IMG/VR virus record: IMGVR_UViG_3300027977_001066
Direction: 5' to 3' (one strand)
DNA length: 20,000 bases
From: an uncultured virus (IMG/VR IMGVR_UViG_3300027977_001066)
Lineage: Duplodnaviria > Heunggongvirae > Uroviricota > Caudoviricetes
The notes beneath the pieces are model-generated. The model was given only the letters and a program-made list of their open reading frames with translations. It was not told where the DNA came from and did no database searches. Below, piece by piece: positions 1 to 8,161 of this stretch; position 1 is the stretch's first letter, and the number at the start of each line of letters is the position of its first letter. The position numbers were made by a program, and so were the translations under genes.

Positions 1-1275
1 AAAGTTGATATCATTACTGATAAACAACCGCAGAATACAGATTTCATCAAGTCACTTAATGCAAAAATTATCGCACCGACTAATGTATTAAAATACACAG
101 ACCATAGTGCTATCTTTATGTATGGTGATACATTCTGCTATGAGCGTATGGCCAACTTCCGTAATAGTATTGTTGAAGCACTAGAAGAAAATATGTATGA
201 TGCACTCGTATGTAATACATATGAAACTGTGCAATTAGCTTCAACTATGGGATTAGAAGATATTATTCAAATTATTGCGTACACTCACTTAGAAAGTCAA
301 ATCTTTACTAATACTTCAAATCCATTTCTATTAAGTACGAATGAAATGATGCGTAAACAATTAGAGATGAATGCATTGTTTATAGGGACACAAAGTAAAT
401 ACAATCAATTGCAATTTCAAAATGCATATGAATTACCTATCCCATTGCCAGAAAAAGATTTATTAAAAGAACACCATAAGCCACGTGAAGGTGTACTGTT
501 TATTGGTAGATGGGAAGAGGGTAAGAATCCCGAACTCTATTTAGATTTAATTGAGCAAACACGATTGCCAGCAAGAGTAATGACAAGTGCGACTGGTGCT
601 AAAAAGTTTGAAGCACGATTAAAAGAAATTGGTGTACCATATGAAATTCGTATAGGTATTATTGGTCAAGAGAAGGTTGATTTCATAACTAGTTGTCGTG
701 TTGCATTTAATCCTAGTTTAGTTGAGAGTTACGGGATTGCATTTTTAGAACAAATGACACAAATGCCAACTGTTGCGTTAGATAATATACGATGGACTAA
801 CAATTTTAATAGTCAATATTTTTTCACTTGTACAAAACAAACAATGGTAACTGTAGTGGAAGCGTTGTATCATTCATATGACACTGCACAAAGTTGGTAT
901 GATGAAGGCTCATTAAAACATACTCAAACTATGGATAGTTTAGTATTTCATAAATGGAATGATTGTTTTAATCAATTTGCTTGTAAACAATCAAGGAACA
1001 GTACTGCAGGTATTTGCAAGACTCTCACTTCTCCAAATTTAACTGTTAGATATGCAGATTTTATTGCAACCCTAAACAGAAGAATAATCTGCATTGATGA
1101 TGCCCGTAGTGTGTTTACAAACAAATACAAATATCGTGTAATTTATACTGATGACGATACATATTTGACTCTTGATCCTGCATTTGTACCCGCACCAATT
1201 GTAATATTGCAACCAACTATACAATCAAATCTTACCGGTAACCCAATGGAAGATTTGTTTGAAATTGAGAAATAA
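1..1275 (+). CDS. Glycosyltransferase, GT-B fold (GT4-like), 5'-truncated
   Basis: Frame is open from base 1 (KVDIITDKQPQ...), so the true start lies upstream of the window. Motifs VLFIGRWEEGKNPE and FNPSLVESYGIAFLEQM match the GT4 E-x7-E signature region. Confidence 0.8.
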   Translation, partial: KVDIITDKQPQNTDFIKSLNAKIIAPTNVLKYTDHSAIFMYGDTFCYERMANFRNSIVEALEENMYDALVCNTYETVQLASTMGLEDIIQIIAYTHLESQIFTNTSNPFLLSTNEMMRKQLEMNALFIGTQSKYNQLQFQNAYELPIPLPEKDLLKEHHKPREGVLFIGRWEEGKNPELYLDLIEQTRLPARVMTSATGAKKFEARLKEIGVPYEIRIGIIGQEKVDFITSCRVAFNPSLVESYGIAFLEQMTQMPTVALDNIRWTNNFNSQYFFTCTKQTMVTVVEALYHSYDTAQSWYDEGSLKHTQTMDSLVFHKWNDCFNQFACKQSRNSTAGICKTLTSPNLTVRYADFIATLNRRIICIDDARSVFTNKYKYRVIYTDDDTYLTLDPAFVPAPIVILQPTIQSNLTGNPMEDLFEIEK

Positions 1276-1793
1276 TGATGAAACAAAAAGTTATAGATTT
1301 TATTAATAGTAACAAGTTTAAAAATAAGTTTGGAATACCCTTCGTCATTTTTGACGGAGAGCTAAAAAAATACAAAACCGATAAATTACCAAATACCTGT
1401 GGTATATATATTACTCATAGTGACAAGTTAGGAATAATATATATAGGAATGACTGAATCAAGTGCTAATAGTAGATTTGAAAGGCACATGGGTAGGGCAG
1501 ACAAAGGTAAAGATTATGACAAAAATAAACCTCATAAAGTTTGGGATTATTTTCATAGCTGGTGTAAAACAGAAAGGTATAGTTTAGAACAAGATAGCGA
1601 TTATATTTTTGTGTCTTTCCAAAACAAAATTACGAAAAAACAATTAGAATTCTTGGAAAGCGGATTAATCTTTGAATTTCAAACTTTACTGAATGATGAT
1701 TGTTTTGAATGGTTTGGTTTTCAACAGTTAGAAAATCTTAAAGGAACTTTGTCCACGTCAAGAGATACAACAGATTTATTTGAAGGATTATGA
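1275..1793 (+). CDS. GIY-YIG endonuclease (free-standing homing endonuclease-like)
   Basis: CGIYITHSDKLGIIYIGMT...SRFERH, with a later LESGLI glutamate: GIY-YIG motif plus catalytic Arg and Glu positions. Confidence 0.8.
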   Translation: MMKQKVIDFINSNKFKNKFGIPFVIFDGELKKYKTDKLPNTCGIYITHSDKLGIIYIGMTESSANSRFERHMGRADKGKDYDKNKPHKVWDYFHSWCKTERYSLEQDSDYIFVSFQNKITKKQLEFLESGLIFEFQTLLNDDCFEWFGFQQLENLKGTLSTSRDTTDLFEGL

Positions 1794-2614
1794 AAAAGAT
1801 TTTAATTACAGGTAACAGTGGTTACATTGGTTCACATCTTACTAAGATGTTGAAGGGTGAATATCAAGTGTATGGTTTAGATAAAGTAGAACCACAAGAA
1901 TCACCTTATACATTTTATCAATGTGATATCAATAGACCATTTAGTTTAGAAGATGAATTTGATTGTGTTATTCATTTAGCCGCATTGGTTAATGTAGGTG
2001 AAAGTGAACAGAAACCTATTCAATACTATATTACTAATTTGAATGGTACAATGAATGTACTAAACAAGATTAAGACAAAGAACTTTATCTTTGCAAGTAC
2101 AGGTGCCGCACAAGATTGTGAGAGTGCATATGGTATCAGTAAACGTGCGGCAGAGGATGTAGTGAAAGAATATTGTACAACTCATCGTCAAATACCATAT
2201 ACAATCTTTAGATTTTATAATGTTATTGGAAGCGAAGGCTTTGCTCCCACTAACCCCGATGGGTTAATGTACAATCTCATTATGGCTATGCAATCAAAAG
2301 AGTTTACTGTATTTGGTAATGATTATGAAGTATCACCCGATGGCACTTGTGTGCGTGATTATGTACACGTAAACGAGATATGTGACGCATTGAAACAAGC
2401 TATTGAGAAGCCTAGCAATAGCGTTGAATCACTTGGTCACGGAGTAGGATATACTGTTAAAGAGATTGTTGATGAGTTTCAAAAAGTCAATGATGTTAGC
2501 TTCAACGTGAAATACGGCCCAAGAAGAAAGGGCGATATTGCTAGCAGTGTGCTAGAAGATGTGTCACCTTATATGCGTAACTTGTATACGATGGATCAGT
2601 TATTGAAGATTTAA
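1790..2614 (+). CDS. galE: NAD-dependent epimerase/dehydratase, UDP-glucose 4-epimerase-like
   Basis: ILITGNSGYIGSH (GxxGxxG), IHLAA, YGISK (YxxxK), FRFYNV, DGTCVRDYVHV, PRRKGD. RBS-like GAAGGA at 1782-1787. Confidence 0.88.
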   Translation: MKKILITGNSGYIGSHLTKMLKGEYQVYGLDKVEPQESPYTFYQCDINRPFSLEDEFDCVIHLAALVNVGESEQKPIQYYITNLNGTMNVLNKIKTKNFIFASTGAAQDCESAYGISKRAAEDVVKEYCTTHRQIPYTIFRFYNVIGSEGFAPTNPDGLMYNLIMAMQSKEFTVFGNDYEVSPDGTCVRDYVHVNEICDALKQAIEKPSNSVESLGHGVGYTVKEIVDEFQKVNDVSFNVKYGPRRKGDIASSVLEDVSPYMRNLYTMDQLLKI

Positions 2615-3292
2615 TTATGCTAAGTGTGTCATTAGCGTATTCATTTGTTTAACTCCACCTTTTGACAACTGAAATCCTTTTTGACCTGCACGATTGATTC
2701 GTTGGTCATAACTAGGATGACTGCTATTAGGCAGTTTAGTTATACTATTGTAAAAGTCGTAATCAGATTGTTTTTGATGCAAGAACTTAAACATCTCAAC
2801 TTTGTTGTAGCCCAAAGCCCTACATAACCTAATAGCAAAGTCGTCAGCATCCATTTCTTCCCGACGTGCTTGCCCGAGATCAGGCTGAAAACCGTGTCCT
2901 AGGGCAATGTGTCCCAGTTCATGTGCTATAGCAAATGCCAGTGTAGCATCAGGAGCATCCCAAAACACAGTTAGGTCAAGACTGACAGTGCGATTGTCAG
3001 CATTTCCTTGAACCCATTGGTCATTCGACATAACACGAACCTTTGTCCCTGTCAGTCTTTGTGCCCATTCTGGACCGGCGGCTCGCATTAATTTACCTAA
3101 CATACCATTACTACGTTGTTGCAGTTGTTCGAATCTAGGCATCCAAACGTCAGGTTGTTTTTTTATAGTTTCTAAATCTTGATATTCACCTGCTTTAGCT
3201 AAACCAGTAGCGCCCAATGCGGCGGCACCCGCTACACCTTTAAGTAAGTCTCTACGGCTAATAGCTTCGCTGATGAATTCGTTTGCTCTCAC
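2615..3292 (-). CDS. M48-family zinc metallopeptidase with twin-arginine signal peptide
   Basis: AHELGH (HExxH), EMDADDFA third-ligand motif, SSHPSYDQRI C-terminal M48 motif. N-terminal SRRDLLK plus hydrophobic stretch plus AKA. Start reassigned to GTG at 3292, just after the stop of the upstream gene; the ORF track gives 3328. Confidence 0.8.
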   Translation of the reverse strand: MRANEFISEAISRRDLLKGVAGAAALGATGLAKAGEYQDLETIKKQPDVWMPRFEQLQQRSNGMLGKLMRAAGPEWAQRLTGTKVRVMSNDQWVQGNADNRTVSLDLTVFWDAPDATLAFAIAHELGHIALGHGFQPDLGQARREEMDADDFAIRLCRALGYNKVEMFKFLHQKQSDYDFYNSITKLPNSSHPSYDQRINRAGQKGFQLSKGGVKQMNTLMTHLA

Positions 3293-3293
3293 G

Positions 3294-3848
3294 TTATTTC
3301 TTAAGGTTTCTAATTTTCTGTTCAGCAATCATTACCAATTTTTCCATCTGTTGTACACTTTCACAGTTCCATCTGCGTAGTGCTTTGTTGATTGGGCTAT
3401 CCGGATCTCGTTTAGTCTTAGCACTTGCGTGAGCCTTCTTCATTCCACTCATTCTAGCACAGAATGATTTACGGCGTTTAGCGGCTTTACTACCCTTCTT
3501 TAGTTTTGAAGGCTTAGTAGTAACAGCAGTCTTTAGTTTAGATCCTGGATTCTCTCTGCGATATGCTTTGACAGCCTTACTGCTCATGCCATCAGTTTTG
3601 TCTTTTTTGTTGACCTTTTGCCAATCCTCATCTAAATCTTCTTCTTGTATATCTTTTGGCTTCTTACCAGCCTTTTTCATACTAATAGCAATAGCGGCTT
3701 GTTGTGCTGGATTAGCGGCTTCATCAATGTTCTTTGGATAGCCGGGCTTTGGTTTGCATTTGCAAGTTCCGGGTTTGCAAGTGCAACCTCTCATTCCACA
3801 TTGTGGACAAATCTTGCTTGATTCTGTTAGTACTTCAGTAATTTTCAT
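3294..3848 (-). CDS. Basic phage protein, DUF6321-like C-terminal domain, probable virion-internal protein
   Basis: RRKSFCARMSGMKK...DPDSPINKALRRWNC resembles DUF6321 from memory. Very Lys-rich, Cys-rich N-terminal segment, N-terminus MKITEVLTE. Confidence 0.6.
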   Translation of the reverse strand: MKITEVLTESSKICPQCGMRGCTCKPGTCKCKPKPGYPKNIDEAANPAQQAAIAISMKKAGKKPKDIQEEDLDEDWQKVNKKDKTDGMSSKAVKAYRRENPGSKLKTAVTTKPSKLKKGSKAAKRRKSFCARMSGMKKAHASAKTKRDPDSPINKALRRWNCESVQQMEKLVMIAEQKIRNLKK

Positions 3849-3866
3849 AGTGGTATCCGTAAATAG

Positions 3867-3895
3867 TTGACTTTATTGCGTAGGTATGCTACACT
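3867..3895 (+). promoter_or_regulatory. sigma70-type promoter for uvsE
   Basis: TTGACT (3867-3872), 17-nt spacer, TACACT (3890-3895) with extended -10 TG at 3887-3888. Confidence 0.65.
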
Positions 3896-3925
3896 ACATC
3901 TATTATTTATCATTTTGGTCTATCT

Positions 3926-4954
3926 ATGCACACAAATCAGTCAATCAAACGTATCGGTTTCGCTTGTAAATGGGCAGAAATCAATCACAAAGATGAGATT
4001 GTTTCAGTCGAAGGTTTTAACACAGGAGGTACAACTCAAGCTTGGGCAAAGCGTAATAATCGAAGTGTAGTAGAAGAAAAGATTATGGATGTTGCTAAAC
4101 GCAATATTATGAATACTCACGCACTTGTTAAACGTGTTGCTACACTAGAACCAGAATTGCGTATGTTGCGTTTGACTAGCGACATGCTTAGTTTCTATAC
4201 TATGGATGAATACAAAGACTTTTGGCATAGTACAGATGTACAGAATAGCTTGGCTCGATGGTTTGCCCCTATAGGTGAAACAGCACGTGCTAATGATGTG
4301 CGTCTTAGCTTTCACCCCGATCAGTTTGTTGTTTTAGCAAGCGACCGTGATGAGGTAGTAAATAAGAGTATTGAAGAATTTGAATATCATTGTGACATGG
4401 TTCGTTTTATGGGCTATGGCAAATCATTTCAAGACTTCAAAGTAAACGTACACATTTCAGGACGTAGAGGCCCACAAGGCATTAGGGATGTGTACAACAG
4501 ATTGTCGCCAGAAGCGAGAAACACACTAACACTAGAGAATGAGGAATACACACATGGACTTACAGACTGCTTATCATTATCTGACCTCGTACCTACGGTC
4601 ATGGACATACATCATCACTGGATACGTGAAGGGGAATACATTGAACCTACTGATGACCGTGTTAAAAGGGTTATTGACAGTTGGCGTGGCGTTCGCCCTA
4701 CTTTACACTATTCTGTCAGTAGGGAAGATTGTCTTGTTGAACACTCCCGCAATGAACGTCCCGCCCATGATGCGTTGATTGAGGCAGGATACAGTAAGCA
4801 AAAACTTCGGGCACATAGTGATTACTATTGGAACGAAGCTGTTAACGATTGGGCATTGACATTCATTGATAATTTTGATATGATGTGTGAATCAAAGGCA
4901 AAGAATCTTGCCAGCTTTAAATTACTAGAGAGATATAAATGTTTGAAAAATTAA
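3926..4954 (+). CDS. uvsE: UV damage endonuclease UvsE/UVDE
   Basis: RIGFAC, LRLTSD, RLSFHPDQFVVLAS, VNVHISG, LTLENEE, MDIHHHW, HYS, RAHSDY, MCESKAKN: the full UvsE motif set. Confidence 0.93.
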   Translation: MHTNQSIKRIGFACKWAEINHKDEIVSVEGFNTGGTTQAWAKRNNRSVVEEKIMDVAKRNIMNTHALVKRVATLEPELRMLRLTSDMLSFYTMDEYKDFWHSTDVQNSLARWFAPIGETARANDVRLSFHPDQFVVLASDRDEVVNKSIEEFEYHCDMVRFMGYGKSFQDFKVNVHISGRRGPQGIRDVYNRLSPEARNTLTLENEEYTHGLTDCLSLSDLVPTVMDIHHHWIREGEYIEPTDDRVKRVIDSWRGVRPTLHYSVSREDCLVEHSRNERPAHDALIEAGYSKQKLRAHSDYYWNEAVNDWALTFIDNFDMMCESKAKNLASFKLLERYKCLKN

Positions 4955-5349
4955 AGAATTTATTTAAGAAGCCAGAAGTTAAATCTGAGCCTGCACCTAA
5001 GAAGGTTAAAGAAAAGAAAGTTGCACCCGAACTTACTGCTAAAGAGAAAGCAACGGCGGCTGGCGAGCCATACGTTAACATTCTAAGTATGGAGCTTGAC
5101 CCCAATGATGTTAATAACGGTGCATTTGAATTAGATTGGAATGATAAGTTCATTTTGAATTTGATTCGTGCAGGGTATAAACAAAAAGATAGTGATACAG
5201 ATGATGTACTAGTAGACCGCTGGTTCCAAACAGTTTGCAGAAATATCGCATTAGAAGTATATGAGCAACAACAGGCTGATCCTACAAACCGTGACTTACG
5301 TGTGGTCCGTACTAAAAACTTGGGTGATGGCCGTACAGAAGTTAGTTGA
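4939..5349 (+). CDS. Hypothetical phage protein
   Basis: 136-aa ORF with normal composition; overlaps the uvsE end by 16 nt; GAGAG upstream. Confidence 0.75.
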   Translation: MFEKLKNLFKKPEVKSEPAPKKVKEKKVAPELTAKEKATAAGEPYVNILSMELDPNDVNNGAFELDWNDKFILNLIRAGYKQKDSDTDDVLVDRWFQTVCRNIALEVYEQQQADPTNRDLRVVRTKNLGDGRTEVS

Positions 5350-5354
5350 AGTAG

Positions 5355-5410
5355 TGTTGTAAAAATACAACAAAATAAAATTTGACAATAATACCATATG
5401 GATGTATAAT
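5355..5410 (+). promoter_or_regulatory. Consensus sigma70 early promoter with upstream palindrome
   Basis: TTGACA (5382-5387), 17 nt, TATAAT (5405-5410). Inverted repeat TGTTGTA-AAAA-TACAACA at 5355-5372. Confidence 0.85.
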
Positions 5411-5440
5411 ACATACATTGCAACAAACTATAGGTAACAC

Positions 5441-7249
5441 ATGAAGCGTAATAAAACATCAGTAGCGTTAGCAGTTGATGAAATTTCAATTCCCGATATC
5501 GAACCATTACAACAGGAATATCTAGTAGACAATATTCTTGATGCAATCACTAGGTTTTTAAAATCAGCCGTAAAAAAAGCTATTGTAGTGCAGGCTCCTA
5601 CTGGTAGTGGTAAAAGTTTCACTATCACTAACTACACCTCTATTCTTATTGCACAAAACTTTAAGAAAATTAAAAATATTTTCTTTGCGGCGCCTTCACA
5701 GGAATGTGTTGACGAGCCACTTGAAAGTATGATGAAGTATGATGGCACCTACATTGGCAACAAATTAGTTAAAGTCTATGACAGTAAACAATTGAAATAT
5801 TCATTGGTCAATAATATTGACTTACCGGGTGACATTCGTTATTTCTTTATGACTACACAATATATGTATGGTCTGTATGAGAACTATGACCCAGCGAATC
5901 CCGATGACTTTGATTTGATGTTACCCGATCTTATCTTTAATGATGAGGCACATCGTGGTTTAGGCGTACCTGACAAGTCAACTACTAAAGATGACCAGGG
6001 CATTACTAATAATAACTGGGAACCTAAATGGTTTGACATGCAGACTGCAATGATGGATAGTGGTACTATCGTCATTCATTTGACTGCAACACCTACCCAA
6101 TCTCAACGTATGAAAACATTGGTTGGTGCTGACAAGTACATACAGTTGCCTACAATGCCTAAATTCAAAGAAGCAAATGCATTCACTAAATTTGAATATC
6201 ATGGAAATCGTGAAGATTTGAATGAGACATTAGATGCCGCCTACAAGACATTTGCTTGGCAAGTTAATGAGATTCGCAATCAACAAGTTTTGATTCCACA
6301 AGACACATGGGATTCTGTTTCTGATAAGATACCAAAAATGATGCCCGGCATCATTATTAGTTTAGGACGCAATAACGCAGTTAATGGTATCCCAATTGGT
6401 GCAGTAATGAAAGATGTTAAAGAGTTCGTTAAACGAATCAATGCGGTGTTGTTTGTTTCTACATCTAAAGAAAAGCATTTTGATGGTAAGGCTATCAAGC
6501 GCATGAGTGACGGTATTAAATTGGCTAATAGCCCTGCTTACCTGAACAGACCGCTTGTGATGGTTGTTGTTGATTCAGGTAAGATGGGTATCAACATTCC
6601 TCGATTGATTACGGCAGTAGTTTGTAAAGTCCCCGCACAACAAAAGATTCACAACAGCTATACACAGTTTGTTGCACGTACTTGTCGTTTGCCTTTCTTC
6701 CGTGACCATGAATTGGGAATTGAATTCATTCGCAAGATGAAAGTGTCCGATGAAGTGAAATCACTAGTGTGTTCATACTATTCGTTACTGTCTACATCGT
6801 TTGCCATTCTTCCGCAAGATACTGAATTGATGCAGTTAGTAGAAGAATTCTACACAGAAGATACGTTTGAAATGATCGATGGTATCGATTACATTCTGAA
6901 GGGAGTGTTCGGAGGTAAGGATCCAAAAAAGTTGCTTTCGGGTTTGCGACTTGCGTTTGATAACGGCCAACTTAATCAATTGTTTCGCAAGGACCATTGT
7001 GAAGCCTGTAAAGGTGTTTGTTTTGAGCAAGCAATTAAGGGTTACATTGAACAATACGGAGACGATACTAGTTCATTAGGAGACTTCATTGAAGATTGGA
7101 AAACTACATTGCAAGTAGATCATATTGATGGTAATCGTTACAATAACGACACATCAAATCATGCAACAGTTTGTCCAAATGTACATATGTTGAAAACTCA
7201 GAGACAAAAAGACTTTTTGAACAAATATACTTTTGGCAATAAAAAATAA
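5441..7249 (+). CDS. Superfamily 2 (DEAH) helicase/ATPase fused to a C-terminal HNH nuclease domain
   Basis: Motif I APTGSGKS, Ia FAAPS, II NDEAH, III LTATP, V GKMGINIPRL, VI QFVARTCR. C-terminal CEAC...LQVDHIDGNRYNNDTSNHATVCPNVH. Confidence 0.85.
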   Translation: MKRNKTSVALAVDEISIPDIEPLQQEYLVDNILDAITRFLKSAVKKAIVVQAPTGSGKSFTITNYTSILIAQNFKKIKNIFFAAPSQECVDEPLESMMKYDGTYIGNKLVKVYDSKQLKYSLVNNIDLPGDIRYFFMTTQYMYGLYENYDPANPDDFDLMLPDLIFNDEAHRGLGVPDKSTTKDDQGITNNNWEPKWFDMQTAMMDSGTIVIHLTATPTQSQRMKTLVGADKYIQLPTMPKFKEANAFTKFEYHGNREDLNETLDAAYKTFAWQVNEIRNQQVLIPQDTWDSVSDKIPKMMPGIIISLGRNNAVNGIPIGAVMKDVKEFVKRINAVLFVSTSKEKHFDGKAIKRMSDGIKLANSPAYLNRPLVMVVVDSGKMGINIPRLITAVVCKVPAQQKIHNSYTQFVARTCRLPFFRDHELGIEFIRKMKVSDEVKSLVCSYYSLLSTSFAILPQDTELMQLVEEFYTEDTFEMIDGIDYILKGVFGGKDPKKLLSGLRLAFDNGQLNQLFRKDHCEACKGVCFEQAIKGYIEQYGDDTSSLGDFIEDWKTTLQVDHIDGNRYNNDTSNHATVCPNVHMLKTQRQKDFLNKYTFGNKK

Positions 7250-7260
7250 GAAAGAGTTAA

Positions 7261-8130
7261 ATGTCAACTAATATTCGCACTAGCCACAAAGGTATTTGGA
7301 GTGTAGACCTTGAAAGATATATTCCTTTCTCTATATTTGAAAATGAGGCAGCATCTCGAGGATATCGTGCTAAAGATAGAAGACCAGAAGAGCATATTAT
7401 ACATAATGGATTTACTATTAGGTCTAATAATGGCGTAGATTGTGAACTAAAAGTTGTTACCAAGGGATATCCAGAAGGTAAACCCAAAGTAGTGTATATT
7501 GCTGGTTTTAAAAATGCAGAAGCTAAAACTCTAATATTGAGACAGGAAATTGAATCTAAAGGAATGGTCATAGTACATGACAATCGTGATTATCTCTTCA
7601 TCCAATTAGCAGAAAATGTTATGGATGGTTTTTGGGAACTAGTTGACTGTGTTGAAAATATTAATACAATTCTTAGAAGTCCCGGTGGTCCTAGAAGAAG
7701 TATTACCATTAATCCACACAATTATGCGATTGCATCAGCCGAAGTGTTATATACTGCACAAAAATACGGAATGCCTGTTTTATTAGGCAGGGGTGCAGAT
7801 ATTTTTGATAACCTTCATGTAAAAAAATTAGTTACTAAAGGTTATAGTATTGCAGGACGACAACAACTTACAACCAAAAATGCATATTGTGAGCATATTG
7901 TTCCGTGTGCCTGGATAGAAAAAACGGCATTAGAAATGTATAAAAACAACTATTCTGTACAAGATGTTGCTGATATGATACAGCGAAATTTAGCAGTGGC
8001 TTATATTAGCGATGCAGAAGCCGATTTGTTAAACAATTATTTTAAATGGAAAACAACTATGCCCCCTAATTGGAAAGACGGCGACAATGTGATTGACCGT
8101 TTAACTCAGGCTGGCATCATCATGACTTGA
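7261..8130 (+). CDS. Hypothetical protein with possible His-Me finger (HNH-like) C-terminal domain
   Basis: 289 aa. C-terminal CEHIVP...LAVAYISDAEADLLN...TMPPNW...RLTQAGI resembles EHxxP His-Me nuclease cores; the function call is tentative. Confidence 0.5.
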   Translation: MSTNIRTSHKGIWSVDLERYIPFSIFENEAASRGYRAKDRRPEEHIIHNGFTIRSNNGVDCELKVVTKGYPEGKPKVVYIAGFKNAEAKTLILRQEIESKGMVIVHDNRDYLFIQLAENVMDGFWELVDCVENINTILRSPGGPRRSITINPHNYAIASAEVLYTAQKYGMPVLLGRGADIFDNLHVKKLVTKGYSIAGRQQLTTKNAYCEHIVPCAWIEKTALEMYKNNYSVQDVADMIQRNLAVAYISDAEADLLNNYFKWKTTMPPNWKDGDNVIDRLTQAGIIMT

Positions 8131-8155
8131 CATTTATTAAATAATAGTATATAAT
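8127..8155 (+). promoter_or_regulatory. Consensus sigma70 promoter for rnh
   Basis: TTGACA (8127-8132), 17 nt, TATAAT (8150-8155); ATG at 8162. Confidence 0.85.
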
Positions 8156-8161
8156 ACAAAT

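Noticed and set aside
3293..3328. ORF-track start of the M48 peptidase at 3328
   Set aside because: Overlaps the upstream gene by 35 nt; GTG at 3292 follows its stop and gives a leader resembling that of the neighbouring gene.
3867..4778. Alternative-frame + strand ORFs 3867-4070 and 4539-4778
   Set aside because: Overlap the well-supported uvsE and its promoter; no recognisable motifs.
4917..7583. Minus-strand ORFs 4917-5546, 5428-5628, 5884-6075, 5978-6202, 6280-6504, 6836-7054, 7257-7583
   Set aside because: Antisense shadows of supported + strand genes, with atypical composition.
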